Source: Clostridia bacterium (lineage in GTDB: Bacteria; Bacillota; Clostridia; Oscillospirales; Acutalibacteraceae). Taken from it: 64,000 nucleotides of DNA. Of the stretch, positions 8,284 through 18,158 are shown one piece after another (the stretch's first letter is position 1; each line of letters begins with the position of its first letter). The notes under the pieces were generated by a model. That model was not told where the DNA came from and did no database searches. It worked only from the letters and a program-made list of their open reading frames with translations. The stretch spans positions 14,797 through 78,796 of the forward strand of contig JAFTUG010000001.1 of assembly GCA_017466365.1 (NCBI GenBank), in the 5' to 3' direction. Made by a program: the position numbers and the translations under genes.

Positions 8284-9462
8284 ATGAAAAAGTTCAAAAC
8301 CATCATTTCTCTGCTTCTTGCTGCCGTAATGCTTATCGGCTGCACAGGTATTTCCGCATTTGCAGCTTATCCCGATAAAATCACAACATTATGGGACGAA
8401 GATTTCTATTTAGCCGGTGAGATTTCACTCGGAGAAACATCTGTAAGCGCTGAAGAAAATTATTCGTATTATTACTATGTGCTTAACGCTGAAAATGACG
8501 GATATTATTCTGTAAACTATGATTATAATGGCGAAATAGGCTGGATATATATTTTTGAAGAGTGGTATTCAAACCATTACGGTCAGAAGCAACCTGTTGT
8601 AAGCGAAAACTGTCAGCAAATTATCTATCTTTATGCCGGAGAAAATTATGTCGGTGTTTGCTTTGACGAAATCAAGGGTATAAGCGAAAAAATCAGCATT
8701 GAATATATGGGCGCTGAAATAACCGATATAACATTCGATGCAGGCACGGAATATCCTCTTATTCTTGAAAGTGATATATATAACGGCAGTTCATATATAA
8801 AGCTTTATGATTTTGCTTTGAATTTTGATACAGGTAAAACAGTTGAATTAAATGGTGTACGCGAATATTTTAATTGTTACAGTGATGAAGAAATCGTAAT
8901 CGGCGAAAATAATGTTGAAATTGAAGTTGACAGCAAAAAATTTGCAAAAACATTAACCGTTGCCAAGGCTACTGATTTCATTGAGAAGGTTGAAGTTGTA
9001 AGCGGCGATATATATCAGAAGGAATATTATGATGGAGGCGTTGAAGGAACCTATGATTTAACACTTAAGGTTACTTATACGGACGGTACAAGCATCACAG
9101 CAAGAATCGGTGATGAAATCAGCCTTAAAAACGGAAATCCCAATAATTACAGAGTCAGCTGCTGGCCTTATGAAGGTACAGCTTCCGTGAAAATTGCAAA
9201 CCATGAATTCCTCGAAATCACTTATGAGAAGGAGACAGCAAGTCTTGCTGAAAACCTTAAGCTTTTTGCTTCAAACATAAAAAATGAGTTTTATTATATA
9301 AGCCGAATTCCTGCCCGTGCAGAGGAAATATTCAATCAGAATTCTGCTGCAGATACTCTGCGTGCATTCGGTGATTTCGTTTCTTTTGTTAATAACCAGT
9401 TCCTTTATGCGATCGGAGATATTTATACAAATATTGTAATGCTTATTAATTCTGTTTCTTGA
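8284..9462 (+). CDS. Secreted acidic Tyr-rich hypothetical protein, paralog 2
   Basis: Same architecture and motifs as 7054; GGAGG RBS. Confidence 0.85.
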   Translation: MKKFKTIISLLLAAVMLIGCTGISAFAAYPDKITTLWDEDFYLAGEISLGETSVSAEENYSYYYYVLNAENDGYYSVNYDYNGEIGWIYIFEEWYSNHYGQKQPVVSENCQQIIYLYAGENYVGVCFDEIKGISEKISIEYMGAEITDITFDAGTEYPLILESDIYNGSSYIKLYDFALNFDTGKTVELNGVREYFNCYSDEEIVIGENNVEIEVDSKKFAKTLTVAKATDFIEKVEVVSGDIYQKEYYDGGVEGTYDLTLKVTYTDGTSITARIGDEISLKNGNPNNYRVSCWPYEGTASVKIANHEFLEITYEKETASLAENLKLFASNIKNEFYYISRIPARAEEIFNQNSAADTLRAFGDFVSFVNNQFLYAIGDIYTNIVMLINSVS

Positions 9463-9487
9463 TTTTTGAATTACGGAGGACAAAACA

Positions 9488-10729
9488 ATGAAGAATACTT
9501 TTAAAAGATTAATTTCCGCAATGCTTGCTGTTATAATGGCACTTGGATGCATCTCTGCATTTGCAGCAGAAGAAACGATTGAGTGGTATTGGAACAGCTA
9601 CGGCGAAGAAGATGAGTTTATGTATGAGATGCCTTGTCTCGGCGAATTAACAGCAGGCGAAAATACCGTAGGTAAGGACCGGGATGAAGATGATATTGAA
9701 GATGATGGCGAGCAAACCTGCTATCGCTTCACCGCAGAGTCAGACGGTTATTATCTTATCACACTCGGCGACCTTGAATATTTTTATAATAATTATGTAT
9801 ATTTTTCCGAAGCTTTTGTTGACGGAAAGGCTTATAGCCTTGTATATGATGAATATTCTCAGCGCATGGAAGATTCCATAGAGTTCATTTATTATCTTTC
9901 AGCAGGCGAAACTGCAGTCCTTATTCAGAGCGTTGAAGAATTTACATTGACTTATGAATTTCTCGGAGAAGAAATAACCGATATTGTTTATGATGAAAAC
10001 TCACTTGAAGGTATTTTGAATTCTGATTTTTATTCATACCGTGATTATTCATACGGCTATGGAATATGCGGCGATTTGATTTTCTCATCCGGAAAAAAGT
10101 TCAGATTTGCTGACTATGTTTTTGTTATTGAAGAAAAGATTGTAAAAGGTGAAAATACCGTTGAATTTGAATTCTTCGGCTTCAAAAAGGATGTTATTGT
10201 GAACGTTGTTGAAGCAAGGGATGTTATCACAAAGCTTGAACCCGTAAATCTTGAGGATGACCTTGTTGTAATCGAGCATTATAACGGCTATGTTTCGGCA
10301 GATGATATTGGTGAAGCAGACCTTATTATCACCTATGCCGACGGCAGAAAGGAAACTGTTGATTTTGACGGAGGAGATGCCATTATAACTCTTCCGAACG
10401 GCAGAAAATATTGGGTTGCGGTTGTTTACGACAGAGAAACTCTCACAGCAGATCTTATTTTTGCAAGCGAGGTTTATGAAACCTATGATCTTAAAAAGGT
10501 TCCTGCCGAACTTGACGAAAATACACAAGAGCTTAAGAGCGAAAACTCAAACTGGATTAATCAGGCAAACAGAGATCTTGAATGGAGACTCGAACGGCTT
10601 GAATATGCAGGCAGCTGGGAAGAAAAGTTTTCACTTGTTTTCTGGATTCCCGGACTTTATACAAACGCAATCTTCCAGATTTTCTGCAATATAGTTGAGT
10701 TCGTTGAGTATTATGCGAATTTGTTTTAA
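9488..10729 (+). CDS. Secreted acidic Tyr-rich hypothetical protein, paralog 3
   Basis: Same architecture and motifs as 7054; GGAGG RBS. Confidence 0.85.
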   Translation: MKNTFKRLISAMLAVIMALGCISAFAAEETIEWYWNSYGEEDEFMYEMPCLGELTAGENTVGKDRDEDDIEDDGEQTCYRFTAESDGYYLITLGDLEYFYNNYVYFSEAFVDGKAYSLVYDEYSQRMEDSIEFIYYLSAGETAVLIQSVEEFTLTYEFLGEEITDIVYDENSLEGILNSDFYSYRDYSYGYGICGDLIFSSGKKFRFADYVFVIEEKIVKGENTVEFEFFGFKKDVIVNVVEARDVITKLEPVNLEDDLVVIEHYNGYVSADDIGEADLIITYADGRKETVDFDGGDAIITLPNGRKYWVAVVYDRETLTADLIFASEVYETYDLKKVPAELDENTQELKSENSNWINQANRDLEWRLERLEYAGSWEEKFSLVFWIPGLYTNAIFQIFCNIVEFVEYYANLF

Positions 10730-10744
10730 TGTGGAGTTGATTAT

Positions 10745-11605
10745 TTGAAAGCAGTAAAAGTTTCAGCCGTAATCGCTGCAATTGCACTTATAATTGCAGC
10801 CGTGCGTTTTAACTGGATAACAAAAATAATTGTTCAGTTCAGTCAGGAAAAATATATTGAATTTGTTTCCGATACCGATTATGAAAAAGAGCTTGAGCGT
10901 GAACCTGTTTGCATCAAAGATAAGACATACGGAAACAAAGAGCTTACACCGACTGACAGCGAAAGCATAACGGCACGTTTTGAACTGCATGATGAGCTTG
11001 ACGAAAAATACAATTTATCATCGGTTGCTTCGGCAGATACTGATTTTGAAAAGGTTCTTCAGATTCTTGAATGGCTGACTGAACATACTTTTTACAGCGG
11101 AATGCAGGCGAAGATTGTTAACGATAATTCCGTTGATATTCTTGAGTTTGCTTATGATGAATCATTCCGCCATGCAATCAACTGCCGATATAAGGCGATT
11201 GTATTTGCCGATTGCCTTGTAGCCGTCGGAATAAAAGCGTATCCTGTATGTATGATGTCGTCTGAATTCAACGGGGTTCATTTCACCTGCATGGCTTATA
11301 TTTCCGAGCTTGATAAATGGTGCGCCTTTGACCCTTCATTCGGATGTTGGTTCAGCAATGAAAGCGGAGAACCCGTCAGCTTGTTTGAAATCAGAGATAT
11401 GTTTCTTAAGGGCGAAGAACCCGTAGTTAACGGCTATAATTTCAACGGAACGCAGGAATGTTTTGATGTTTATATGAACGGATTCCTGAAAGGCAGCATT
11501 TCCAACCTCAGCACATGGGATAATAATTCCATGGATGCAAGAACGGTTAAAAACCGCACGTCAAGAAAGCTCTTTAATTCTGAAATCCCTGCAGAAGTAA
11601 GATAA
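10745..11605 (+). CDS. Membrane-anchored or secreted transglutaminase-like domain protein
   Basis: N-terminal hydrophobic segment; AINCRYKA (Cys), GVHF (His) and AFDPS (Asp) in transglutaminase-like spacing; TTG start. Confidence 0.75.
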   Translation: MKAVKVSAVIAAIALIIAAVRFNWITKIIVQFSQEKYIEFVSDTDYEKELEREPVCIKDKTYGNKELTPTDSESITARFELHDELDEKYNLSSVASADTDFEKVLQILEWLTEHTFYSGMQAKIVNDNSVDILEFAYDESFRHAINCRYKAIVFADCLVAVGIKAYPVCMMSSEFNGVHFTCMAYISELDKWCAFDPSFGCWFSNESGEPVSLFEIRDMFLKGEEPVVNGYNFNGTQECFDVYMNGFLKGSISNLSTWDNNSMDARTVKNRTSRKLFNSEIPAEVR

Positions 11606-11616
11606 TGCATAAAAAT

Positions 11617-11647
11617 AAGGCTTGCACATCAGTTTGTGCAAGCCTTA
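11617..11647. terminator. Bidirectional terminator between convergent genes
   Basis: TAAGGCTTGCACA-TCAGTT-TGTGCAAGCCTTA. Confidence 0.75.
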
Positions 11648-11656
11648 ATCGCTTTA

Positions 11657-12841
11657 TTAGTGATGGAAAAGACGCATGCCCGTGAAGCACATAACCATGC
11701 CGTGGTTGTTGCATGCTTCGATAACGTTGTCGTCTCTGATTGAACCGCCGGGTTCAGCGATGTATGTAACACCGCTCTTTGATGCTCTTTCAATGTTGTC
11801 GCCGAAGGGGAAGAAAGCATCGCTGCCGAGAGCAACGCCCTTAATTGTTGCAAGATATGCCTTCTGCTCTTCCTTTGTGAAGGGTTCGGGTCTTTCACTG
11901 AAATATTTCTGCCATTTGCCTTCTGCAAGAACATCGTCGCATTCGTCGGAGATATAAACGTCGATTGTGTTATCTCTGTCGGGTCTGCCTACTGTATCAA
12001 GGAAGGGGAGATTGAGAACTTTGTCGTGCTGACGGAGATGCCAGATATCAGCTTTGTTGCCTGCGAGTCTTGTGCAGTGTATTCTTGACTGCTGACCTGC
12101 GCCAACACCGATTGCCTGACCGTCAACCGCATAGCATACGGAGTTTGACTGTGTATACTTAAGAGTAATGAGAGCAATGATAAGGTCACGCTTTGCATCG
12201 TCTGTCATTTCCTTATTATCGGTTACGATGTTTTCAAGAAGAGCGTTATTGATTTCAAAATTGTTTCTGCCCTGCTCGAATGTGATGCCGTAAACCTGCT
12301 TTGTTTCGATGGGAGCGGGAACATAGTTGGGGTCAATCTTAACGATATTGTAGTTGCCGTTTCTCTTGCTCTTGAGGATTTCAAGTGCTTCGGGTTCATA
12401 ACCGGGAGCGATAACACCGTCGGAAACTTCTCTTTTGATAAGCTTTGCGGTTGTAACGTCGCAAACGTCGGAAAGAGCAATCCAGTCACCGAAGGAGCTC
12501 ATTCTGTCTGTACCTCTTGCTCTTGCATAAGCAGTTGCGAGAGGGGATTCATCAAGACCTTCGATATCATCAACAAAGCAAGCCTTCTTGAGCTTGTCGC
12601 TCATTTTGATGCCAACCGCTGCGGAAGTGGGGCTTACATGCTTGAATGAGGTTGCTGCGGGCATGCCGAGAGCTTCTTTGATTTCCTTGACGAGCTGCCA
12701 GCTGTTGAAAGCATCAAGAAAGTTGATGTAGCCGGGTCTGCCGCTGAGAATTTCAATGGGGAGCTCTGTGCCGTCTGTCATATAAATCTTTGAAGGCTTC
12801 TGATTGGGGTTACAGCCATACTTAAGTTCAAATTCTTTCAT
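11657..12841 (-). CDS. purH: AICAR transformylase (PurH formyltransferase domain only)
   Basis: LKYGCNPNQ, SFKHVSP, LKYTQSNSV, GAGQQSRIHC, SDAFFPF, PGGSIRD and GMRLFHH motifs; no N-terminal IMP cyclohydrolase domain. Confidence 0.9.
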   Translation of the reverse strand: MKEFELKYGCNPNQKPSKIYMTDGTELPIEILSGRPGYINFLDAFNSWQLVKEIKEALGMPAATSFKHVSPTSAAVGIKMSDKLKKACFVDDIEGLDESPLATAYARARGTDRMSSFGDWIALSDVCDVTTAKLIKREVSDGVIAPGYEPEALEILKSKRNGNYNIVKIDPNYVPAPIETKQVYGITFEQGRNNFEINNALLENIVTDNKEMTDDAKRDLIIALITLKYTQSNSVCYAVDGQAIGVGAGQQSRIHCTRLAGNKADIWHLRQHDKVLNLPFLDTVGRPDRDNTIDVYISDECDDVLAEGKWQKYFSERPEPFTKEEQKAYLATIKGVALGSDAFFPFGDNIERASKSGVTYIAEPGGSIRDDNVIEACNNHGMVMCFTGMRLFHH

Positions 12842-12852
12842 TTCTCTTCTCC

Positions 12853-13572
12853 TTATTTATTCTTGTTTATCATTCTGCTGTCATACTTGCCTGTTTCAAG
12901 GTCTATATAACGGACATAGAGTGAAATCTTATTCTGTTCGTTGAGGTTTTCCCAGATAAGAGAGGTGAATTCGTCGATGTCATCGGGAATTGCAACTCTT
13001 TCGGGTTCACCTGTGAAGGTGGGAATGGGGTTGCCGTCATGGTTATATGTATGAATGAAATGACCGAGACCTGCAAGCGAAGGGTATGAGAATGTATATC
13101 TGTTGCATGCAGTGCCTTCTGCATCGGCACTCTTGAGAATGCTCATTTTATATGAGAAATTTCCGTCAGCGAATGTCATCATGCCGCTGATTCTGGGAGT
13201 CCAGTTGGGTGAGTCGGGCTCAAATTCTCTTGTTTCAAGAGCCTGCTCAAAGGTTTTTCCGTCTTTAAGGAAGTCATAAACGGTATCGGTCTGGTCGCCG
13301 TTGGTAACGATAAGATTGTTTTCAAAAATTCTGATGGGGGAATAGATGATGAGTGAGGGGTCTTCAACCTTTGAAGCATCAAAAGGATGAATAACTATTT
13401 CGTCACCGTTTTCAATGAAAACTCTGTTTCTGCTGTTTTCGCTTCTGCCCATGATGAAATAAGCGGTAACAGCCTTTTTGCCGTCTGCGCTCTTACCGAT
13501 AACAATGCCTCTTCCGACATATGTGTTATCTTTGATAAGCTCGCCCATGTTGTTGATTTCGTAAATGCCCAT
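12853..13572 (-). CDS. IMP cyclohydrolase (PurO-like, Ntn fold)
   Basis: YVGRGIVIG, YFIMGRSENSRNR, IVTNGDQTD and EPDSPNWTPRISG; adjacent to the formyltransferase. Confidence 0.85.
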   Translation of the reverse strand: MGIYEINNMGELIKDNTYVGRGIVIGKSADGKKAVTAYFIMGRSENSRNRVFIENGDEIVIHPFDASKVEDPSLIIYSPIRIFENNLIVTNGDQTDTVYDFLKDGKTFEQALETREFEPDSPNWTPRISGMMTFADGNFSYKMSILKSADAEGTACNRYTFSYPSLAGLGHFIHTYNHDGNPIPTFTGEPERVAIPDDIDEFTSLIWENLNEQNKISLYVRYIDLETGKYDSRMINKNK

Positions 13573-13638
13573 TTATATCTTCCTTTCAAATAACATATAA
13601 AGTAATTCTATTATATTATACAAAATTTGTCAATAAAT

Positions 13639-14997
13639 TTAAATCTTGATTTTCGGCTTTTTCCATTTACCGCTTGCAACATAAATCGAACCAACAACGA
13701 TTGATGCGAGAGATGCCAGACCCGTTGCAATACCTATTCCGTTAAATCCGAGGTCTGTGAGATTAACCATAAGATAAGCAAACGGAACTCTGACGAGGAT
13801 TGAGCTGAAGCAGGCGTTGAACAAAGCGAAATTTGTGTAGCCCGCACCGATTGCAAGTCCGTTCATGCAGAAAACAAAAGGAACTAAAAGATAGTCGAGA
13901 GCAATAAATCTTATGTATTCCCTGCCTACGGTGATTACATCCGGGTTTGTATCAAACAACGAAATAATCTGCTGCGGGAAAAGCTCAACGATAATAAAAA
14001 CAAATGCAGACATAGCAAAGGCGATTCCCATACCTGTGAGCATTGTTTTCTTTGCTCTGTCGGTTTGGCCTGCGCCGATATTCTGACCTGCCATTGAAGA
14101 AACTGCACTGCTCATTGCAAGCGAAGGAAGAACGGCGAAGGAGTTTACCTTTCCGCCGATACCCTGGCATGCTGATGCTATATCAGCAATCGGAAGTGAG
14201 TTAACGAGAGCTGTGAGGGTGAGGAATGAAAAAGAAACTACAACCTGCTGAACCGACGAGGGAAGTCCGAGCTTTAAAAGCATCTTCATTTTTGCTCTGT
14301 CAATTCCGAAATCACTCTTTTTATATCCTACAAAGAAATGGTTTTTTGCAAGATAAATCAGTGAAAGAACAACACTCAATGCCTGTGCACCGATTGTTGC
14401 GATTGCCGCACCTGCAGCGCCCATCTTGAACGGACCTACAAGGATAATATCGCCAATAACATTTACTATTGTGGCAATAACAACAAAGTAAAGCGGACGC
14501 TTTGAATCGCCCATTCCTCGCAGAATTGCGCTGATTACGTTATACGCAAACATAAACACAAGCCCGCCCATGCAAATCATATAGTAGTTATATGCTTCGG
14601 TATAAGCAACCTCGGGTGTGTTGAGAATCTTCAACAAAGTATCACCGAGAAGAAGCATAACCGCCGTACAGATAACGGCAAGAATCATATAAGCTGTAAA
14701 GAGCGTTCCTATAGTTTTTCTCTGCTCGTCAAATTTCTTTGCACCGCCATACTGTGCAATAAGCACCGTACCGCCGACTGCAAGCCCGAATGCAGCGCCC
14801 GTAACAAGGATATTTATCTGGCTGCCGATGTTAACGCCCGTAATGCCGTGAGTGCCGCAGAGTCTTCCGACGATAATCATATCGGCAACGGAATAAAATG
14901 CCTGCAGCAGATTTGAAAGTAAAAATGGGATTGAAAACTTTATAAGCTGCTTACCTACACTGCCCTGCGTTAAGTCTTGTCTGAATTTATCTGCCAC
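13639..14997 (-). CDS. MATE family efflux transporter
   Basis: DLTQGSV..LIKFSIP, ADMIIVG, LRGMGDSKRP and GQNIGAG; about 12 TM segments. Confidence 0.92.
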   Translation of the reverse strand: MADKFRQDLTQGSVGKQLIKFSIPFLLSNLLQAFYSVADMIIVGRLCGTHGITGVNIGSQINILVTGAAFGLAVGGTVLIAQYGGAKKFDEQRKTIGTLFTAYMILAVICTAVMLLLGDTLLKILNTPEVAYTEAYNYYMICMGGLVFMFAYNVISAILRGMGDSKRPLYFVVIATIVNVIGDIILVGPFKMGAAGAAIATIGAQALSVVLSLIYLAKNHFFVGYKKSDFGIDRAKMKMLLKLGLPSSVQQVVVSFSFLTLTALVNSLPIADIASACQGIGGKVNSFAVLPSLAMSSAVSSMAGQNIGAGQTDRAKKTMLTGMGIAFAMSAFVFIIVELFPQQIISLFDTNPDVITVGREYIRFIALDYLLVPFVFCMNGLAIGAGYTNFALFNACFSSILVRVPFAYLMVNLTDLGFNGIGIATGLASLASIVVGSIYVASGKWKKPKIKI

Positions 14998-14999
14998 TG

Positions 15000-17171
15000 T
15001 TAATTATCCTCCTGCTTTTTAGGTTCCTTCATAGTAAGAGATATTCTCTTTTTAGCCGCATCAGCCGCAATTACCCAAACGGTAACAATCTGACCTACCT
15101 TGAGAACCTCCGAAGGATGTTTTATATATTTGTTGGTTATCTGCGAAATATGAACGAGTCCGTCCTGGTGAACGCCGATATCGATGAATGCTCCGAAGTC
15201 AATAACATTTCTTACTGTTCCTTTAAGCTCCATGCCGGGAACAAGGTCTTTTATGTCCATAACGTCTGTGCGGAGCATCGGAGGAGGAAGCTCGTCTCTC
15301 GGATCTCTTGCAGGTTGAACAAGTTCTTTAACAATATCCTTGAGTGTAGGAACACCTATACCGAGCTTTTCAGCAACCTTATCTTCGCCGAGCGACTCGA
15401 CAGCCGAGGTTATATCCTTGATTTTTTCTGTTCCAATATCGTCGAGCGAATAAGAGAAGAGCTTAAGAAGGTCTTTTGCTGCCGAATAGCTTTCAGGATG
15501 AACACCTGTATTATCGAGAACATTTTTGCTTTCGGGAACTCTTAAGAAGCCTGCACACTGTTCAAATGCCTTTGCACCGAGCTTCGGAACTTTTTTGAGC
15601 TGTGAACGTTCTTTGAATTCGCCGTTTTCATCTCTGAAATCAACGATATTTTTTGCAACGGTTGAGTTGATGCCTGAAACTCTTGAAAGAAGGGGAGCAG
15701 AAGCTGTGTTGAGGTCAACGCCGACGGAGTTAACCGCGTCTTCGATAACGCCGTCGAGTGCTGCGTCAAGCTCTTTCGGGGGCATATCATGCTGATACTG
15801 ACCTACGCCGATTGCCTTTGGGTCGATTTTAACAAGCTCTGCAAGAGGGTCCTGAAGACGTCTTGCAATGGAAACAGCACTTCTTAAAGATACGTCGTAC
15901 TGCGGAAATTCCTGTGCCGCAAGCTTTGAAGCAGAGTAAACCGAAGCACCTGCTTCGCTTACTACCATATATGATACTTCAGCATCGATTTCACGGAGAA
16001 CTTCTGCTGCAAAGATTTCTGTTTCCTTTGAAGCAGTGCCGTTGCCGATTGAAATGCAGTTTACGTTATGCTTTGTGATAAGCTTTTTGATAAGCTCCTT
16101 TGCTTGATTTCTCTGTGCATCGGAGTGAGTAACGTAGATAACACCTGTGTCAAGAACCTTGCCTGTGGGCGCAACAACCGCAACCTTGCAGCCTGTTCTG
16201 TAGCCGGGGTCAAGACCGATAACAACCTTGCCCTTTACGGGAGGAGCAAGCAGAAGCTCCTTTGTGTTGAGTGCAAAAACTTTTATTGCACTTGCAGCTG
16301 CATTTTCCGTGAGCATATTTCTGATTTCACGCTCAATTGAAGGATAAATCAGTCTGTTATATGCATCTTCGCCCGCTTCACGCACAGCTTCTGTGCAAGG
16401 TGAGCCTTGGGGATTGAGTGTTGCACTGATGATAACGTTTGATGCTTTAACCGCATCAAGAGTAACGCTTACTTTAAGAAATTTTTCCTTTTCGCCTCTG
16501 TCGATTGCAAGAACTCTGTGGCCTGCAATTGTTTTGACGGGTTCGGAATAATCATAATACATTGTATAAACACTGTCTGCATCCTTATCTGTTGCAGTTG
16601 ATGTTACAATGCCGATAACGCTGAAAAGGTTACGGAGTCTGCGGCGGATATCCGCATCATCTGAAATGTTTTCTGCAATGATATCAAGTGCGCCTTTGAG
16701 TGCATCTTCTGCGGTTTCAACACCCTTTTCGGGGTCAATAAAGCTTTTTGCAAGTTCAATGGGAGATGCGGAATCAGCGTTCTGTGCATAGATTGCATCA
16801 GCAAGGGGTTCAAGACCCTTTTCTCTTGCAACAGATGCTCTTGTTTTTCTCTTCGGACGGAAGGGACGGTAGATATCTTCTATTTCCGCAAGAGTTGATG
16901 CTGCATCAAGCTTTGCGGAAATTTCATCTGTAAGTTTTTCTTGTGCTTCGATTGAAGAACGCACCTCTTCACGGCGCTTATCGAGGTTTCTTAAATATTC
17001 AAGCTTTTCGGAAAGCTCTCTGATAACCTGGTCATCAAGAGTGCCGTGAGCCTCTTTTCTGTATCGTGCTATAAAAGGAATGGTGTTTCCTTCGTCGATA
17101 AGTTTAACGGTGTTTTCAACCTGCCATTTCTGCAGACCGAAATGAGCGGTAAGTTCCTGAATAATATCCAT
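15000..17171 (-). CDS. tex: Tex family RNA-binding transcriptional accessory protein
   Basis: EGNTIPFIARYRKE, DPGYRTGCK, EAGASVYSAS, RRLQDPLAELVKIDP and a C-terminal S1 domain. Confidence 0.95.
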   Translation of the reverse strand: MDIIQELTAHFGLQKWQVENTVKLIDEGNTIPFIARYRKEAHGTLDDQVIRELSEKLEYLRNLDKRREEVRSSIEAQEKLTDEISAKLDAASTLAEIEDIYRPFRPKRKTRASVAREKGLEPLADAIYAQNADSASPIELAKSFIDPEKGVETAEDALKGALDIIAENISDDADIRRRLRNLFSVIGIVTSTATDKDADSVYTMYYDYSEPVKTIAGHRVLAIDRGEKEKFLKVSVTLDAVKASNVIISATLNPQGSPCTEAVREAGEDAYNRLIYPSIEREIRNMLTENAAASAIKVFALNTKELLLAPPVKGKVVIGLDPGYRTGCKVAVVAPTGKVLDTGVIYVTHSDAQRNQAKELIKKLITKHNVNCISIGNGTASKETEIFAAEVLREIDAEVSYMVVSEAGASVYSASKLAAQEFPQYDVSLRSAVSIARRLQDPLAELVKIDPKAIGVGQYQHDMPPKELDAALDGVIEDAVNSVGVDLNTASAPLLSRVSGINSTVAKNIVDFRDENGEFKERSQLKKVPKLGAKAFEQCAGFLRVPESKNVLDNTGVHPESYSAAKDLLKLFSYSLDDIGTEKIKDITSAVESLGEDKVAEKLGIGVPTLKDIVKELVQPARDPRDELPPPMLRTDVMDIKDLVPGMELKGTVRNVIDFGAFIDIGVHQDGLVHISQITNKYIKHPSEVLKVGQIVTVWVIAADAAKKRISLTMKEPKKQEDN

Positions 17172-17183
17172 TGTTTTCTCTCC

Positions 17184-18158
17184 TTATTTTTTAAGCTGCC
17201 TGATGTCTTTTCCGAGGAATAACAGAGAAACGTAATTGCCTATTATTCTGGAAGTAACTCTTTGTGTGTATTTATCCTCAAGCTCCGTTTCAGTAAGATT
17301 TGTGCTTATGATAACGGGCTTTGAACGGTTTATTCTTGTGTTGATAATATTATAAAGTGCGGAAGTGGTGAAGCTGGTGGAAAATTCCGAACCGAGGTCA
17401 TCAATTATAAGCAAATCGCAGTCAAGAAGCTCCTTTTCTCTTTCTCCGTTACCCGAGTAGCCGAATTTTTCTCTCTCAAGAGAGGTGAAAATGTTCTGTG
17501 CCGAGTCATAAATAACATTATACCCCTTTTCGGTAACAACGTTTGCAATTGCAAGCGAAAGATGCGTTTTGCCGAGCCCTGTTGCGCCGTGCATATAAAG
17601 GCTTTCGGATTCGCTGTCAAAATCCTCCGCATAGCATTTGCAGTATTCCGCAACACTCTTCATTCTGGTCTGCGGAGATATGCCGAGATTTTGGTCAACG
17701 GGAAGAGGATAGTATGTAATATCAAAATTATCAAAGCTGCATTTTGCGCTTGCCGAAACTGCCGCAAGCTCCTGTTTTGCGGTTTCTTTCAAAAGCTCTT
17801 TTCTGCATTCGCAGACGTATCCGCCGGAAAAACCCGTGTCACCGCACTTTTTGCATGTGTAGGGAGTTTCAAGATAATCCTCGGGATAACTGTTTGAAAC
17901 AAGAAGCTTTTTTATGCTTTCCTGAATAGCGAGATTGATTTTTGAAAGCTGTTCTATGTATTCTTTGGCATTTTCGCCCATGCCTATGCCTTTTATAACG
18001 GCAAGTCCCGTTTGTGCAAGCTCTGATTCATATTTAGTAATTTCGGGGATTTTTTCGGAAATTTCAAGTTTTCTTGCAAGCTGAATACGCTCGGCCTTTT
18101 TGCGCCTTTTTTCAAGAGTCTGTGCAGCTTTTATATAGGTCTGATTGCTGTAGCTCAT
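17184..18158 (-). CDS. DnaC/DnaI-like helicase loader ATPase
   Basis: CKKCGDTG..C.C Zn motif, Walker A GATGLGKT, Walker B LLIIDDLG, IISTN and SRI. Confidence 0.85.
   Translation of the reverse strand: MSYSNQTYIKAAQTLEKRRKKAERIQLARKLEISEKIPEITKYESELAQTGLAVIKGIGMGENAKEYIEQLSKINLAIQESIKKLLVSNSYPEDYLETPYTCKKCGDTGFSGGYVCECRKELLKETAKQELAAVSASAKCSFDNFDITYYPLPVDQNLGISPQTRMKSVAEYCKCYAEDFDSESESLYMHGATGLGKTHLSLAIANVVTEKGYNVIYDSAQNIFTSLEREKFGYSGNGEREKELLDCDLLIIDDLGSEFSTSFTTSALYNIINTRINRSKPVIISTNLTETELEDKYTQRVTSRIIGNYVSLLFLGKDIRQLKK

Noticed and set aside
7054-10729. Paralog diversification by a diversity-generating retroelement or invertase shuffling
   Set aside because: No reverse transcriptase, recombinase, near-identical TR/VR pair or flanking inverted repeats are visible. 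Divergence is spread over the whole genes.
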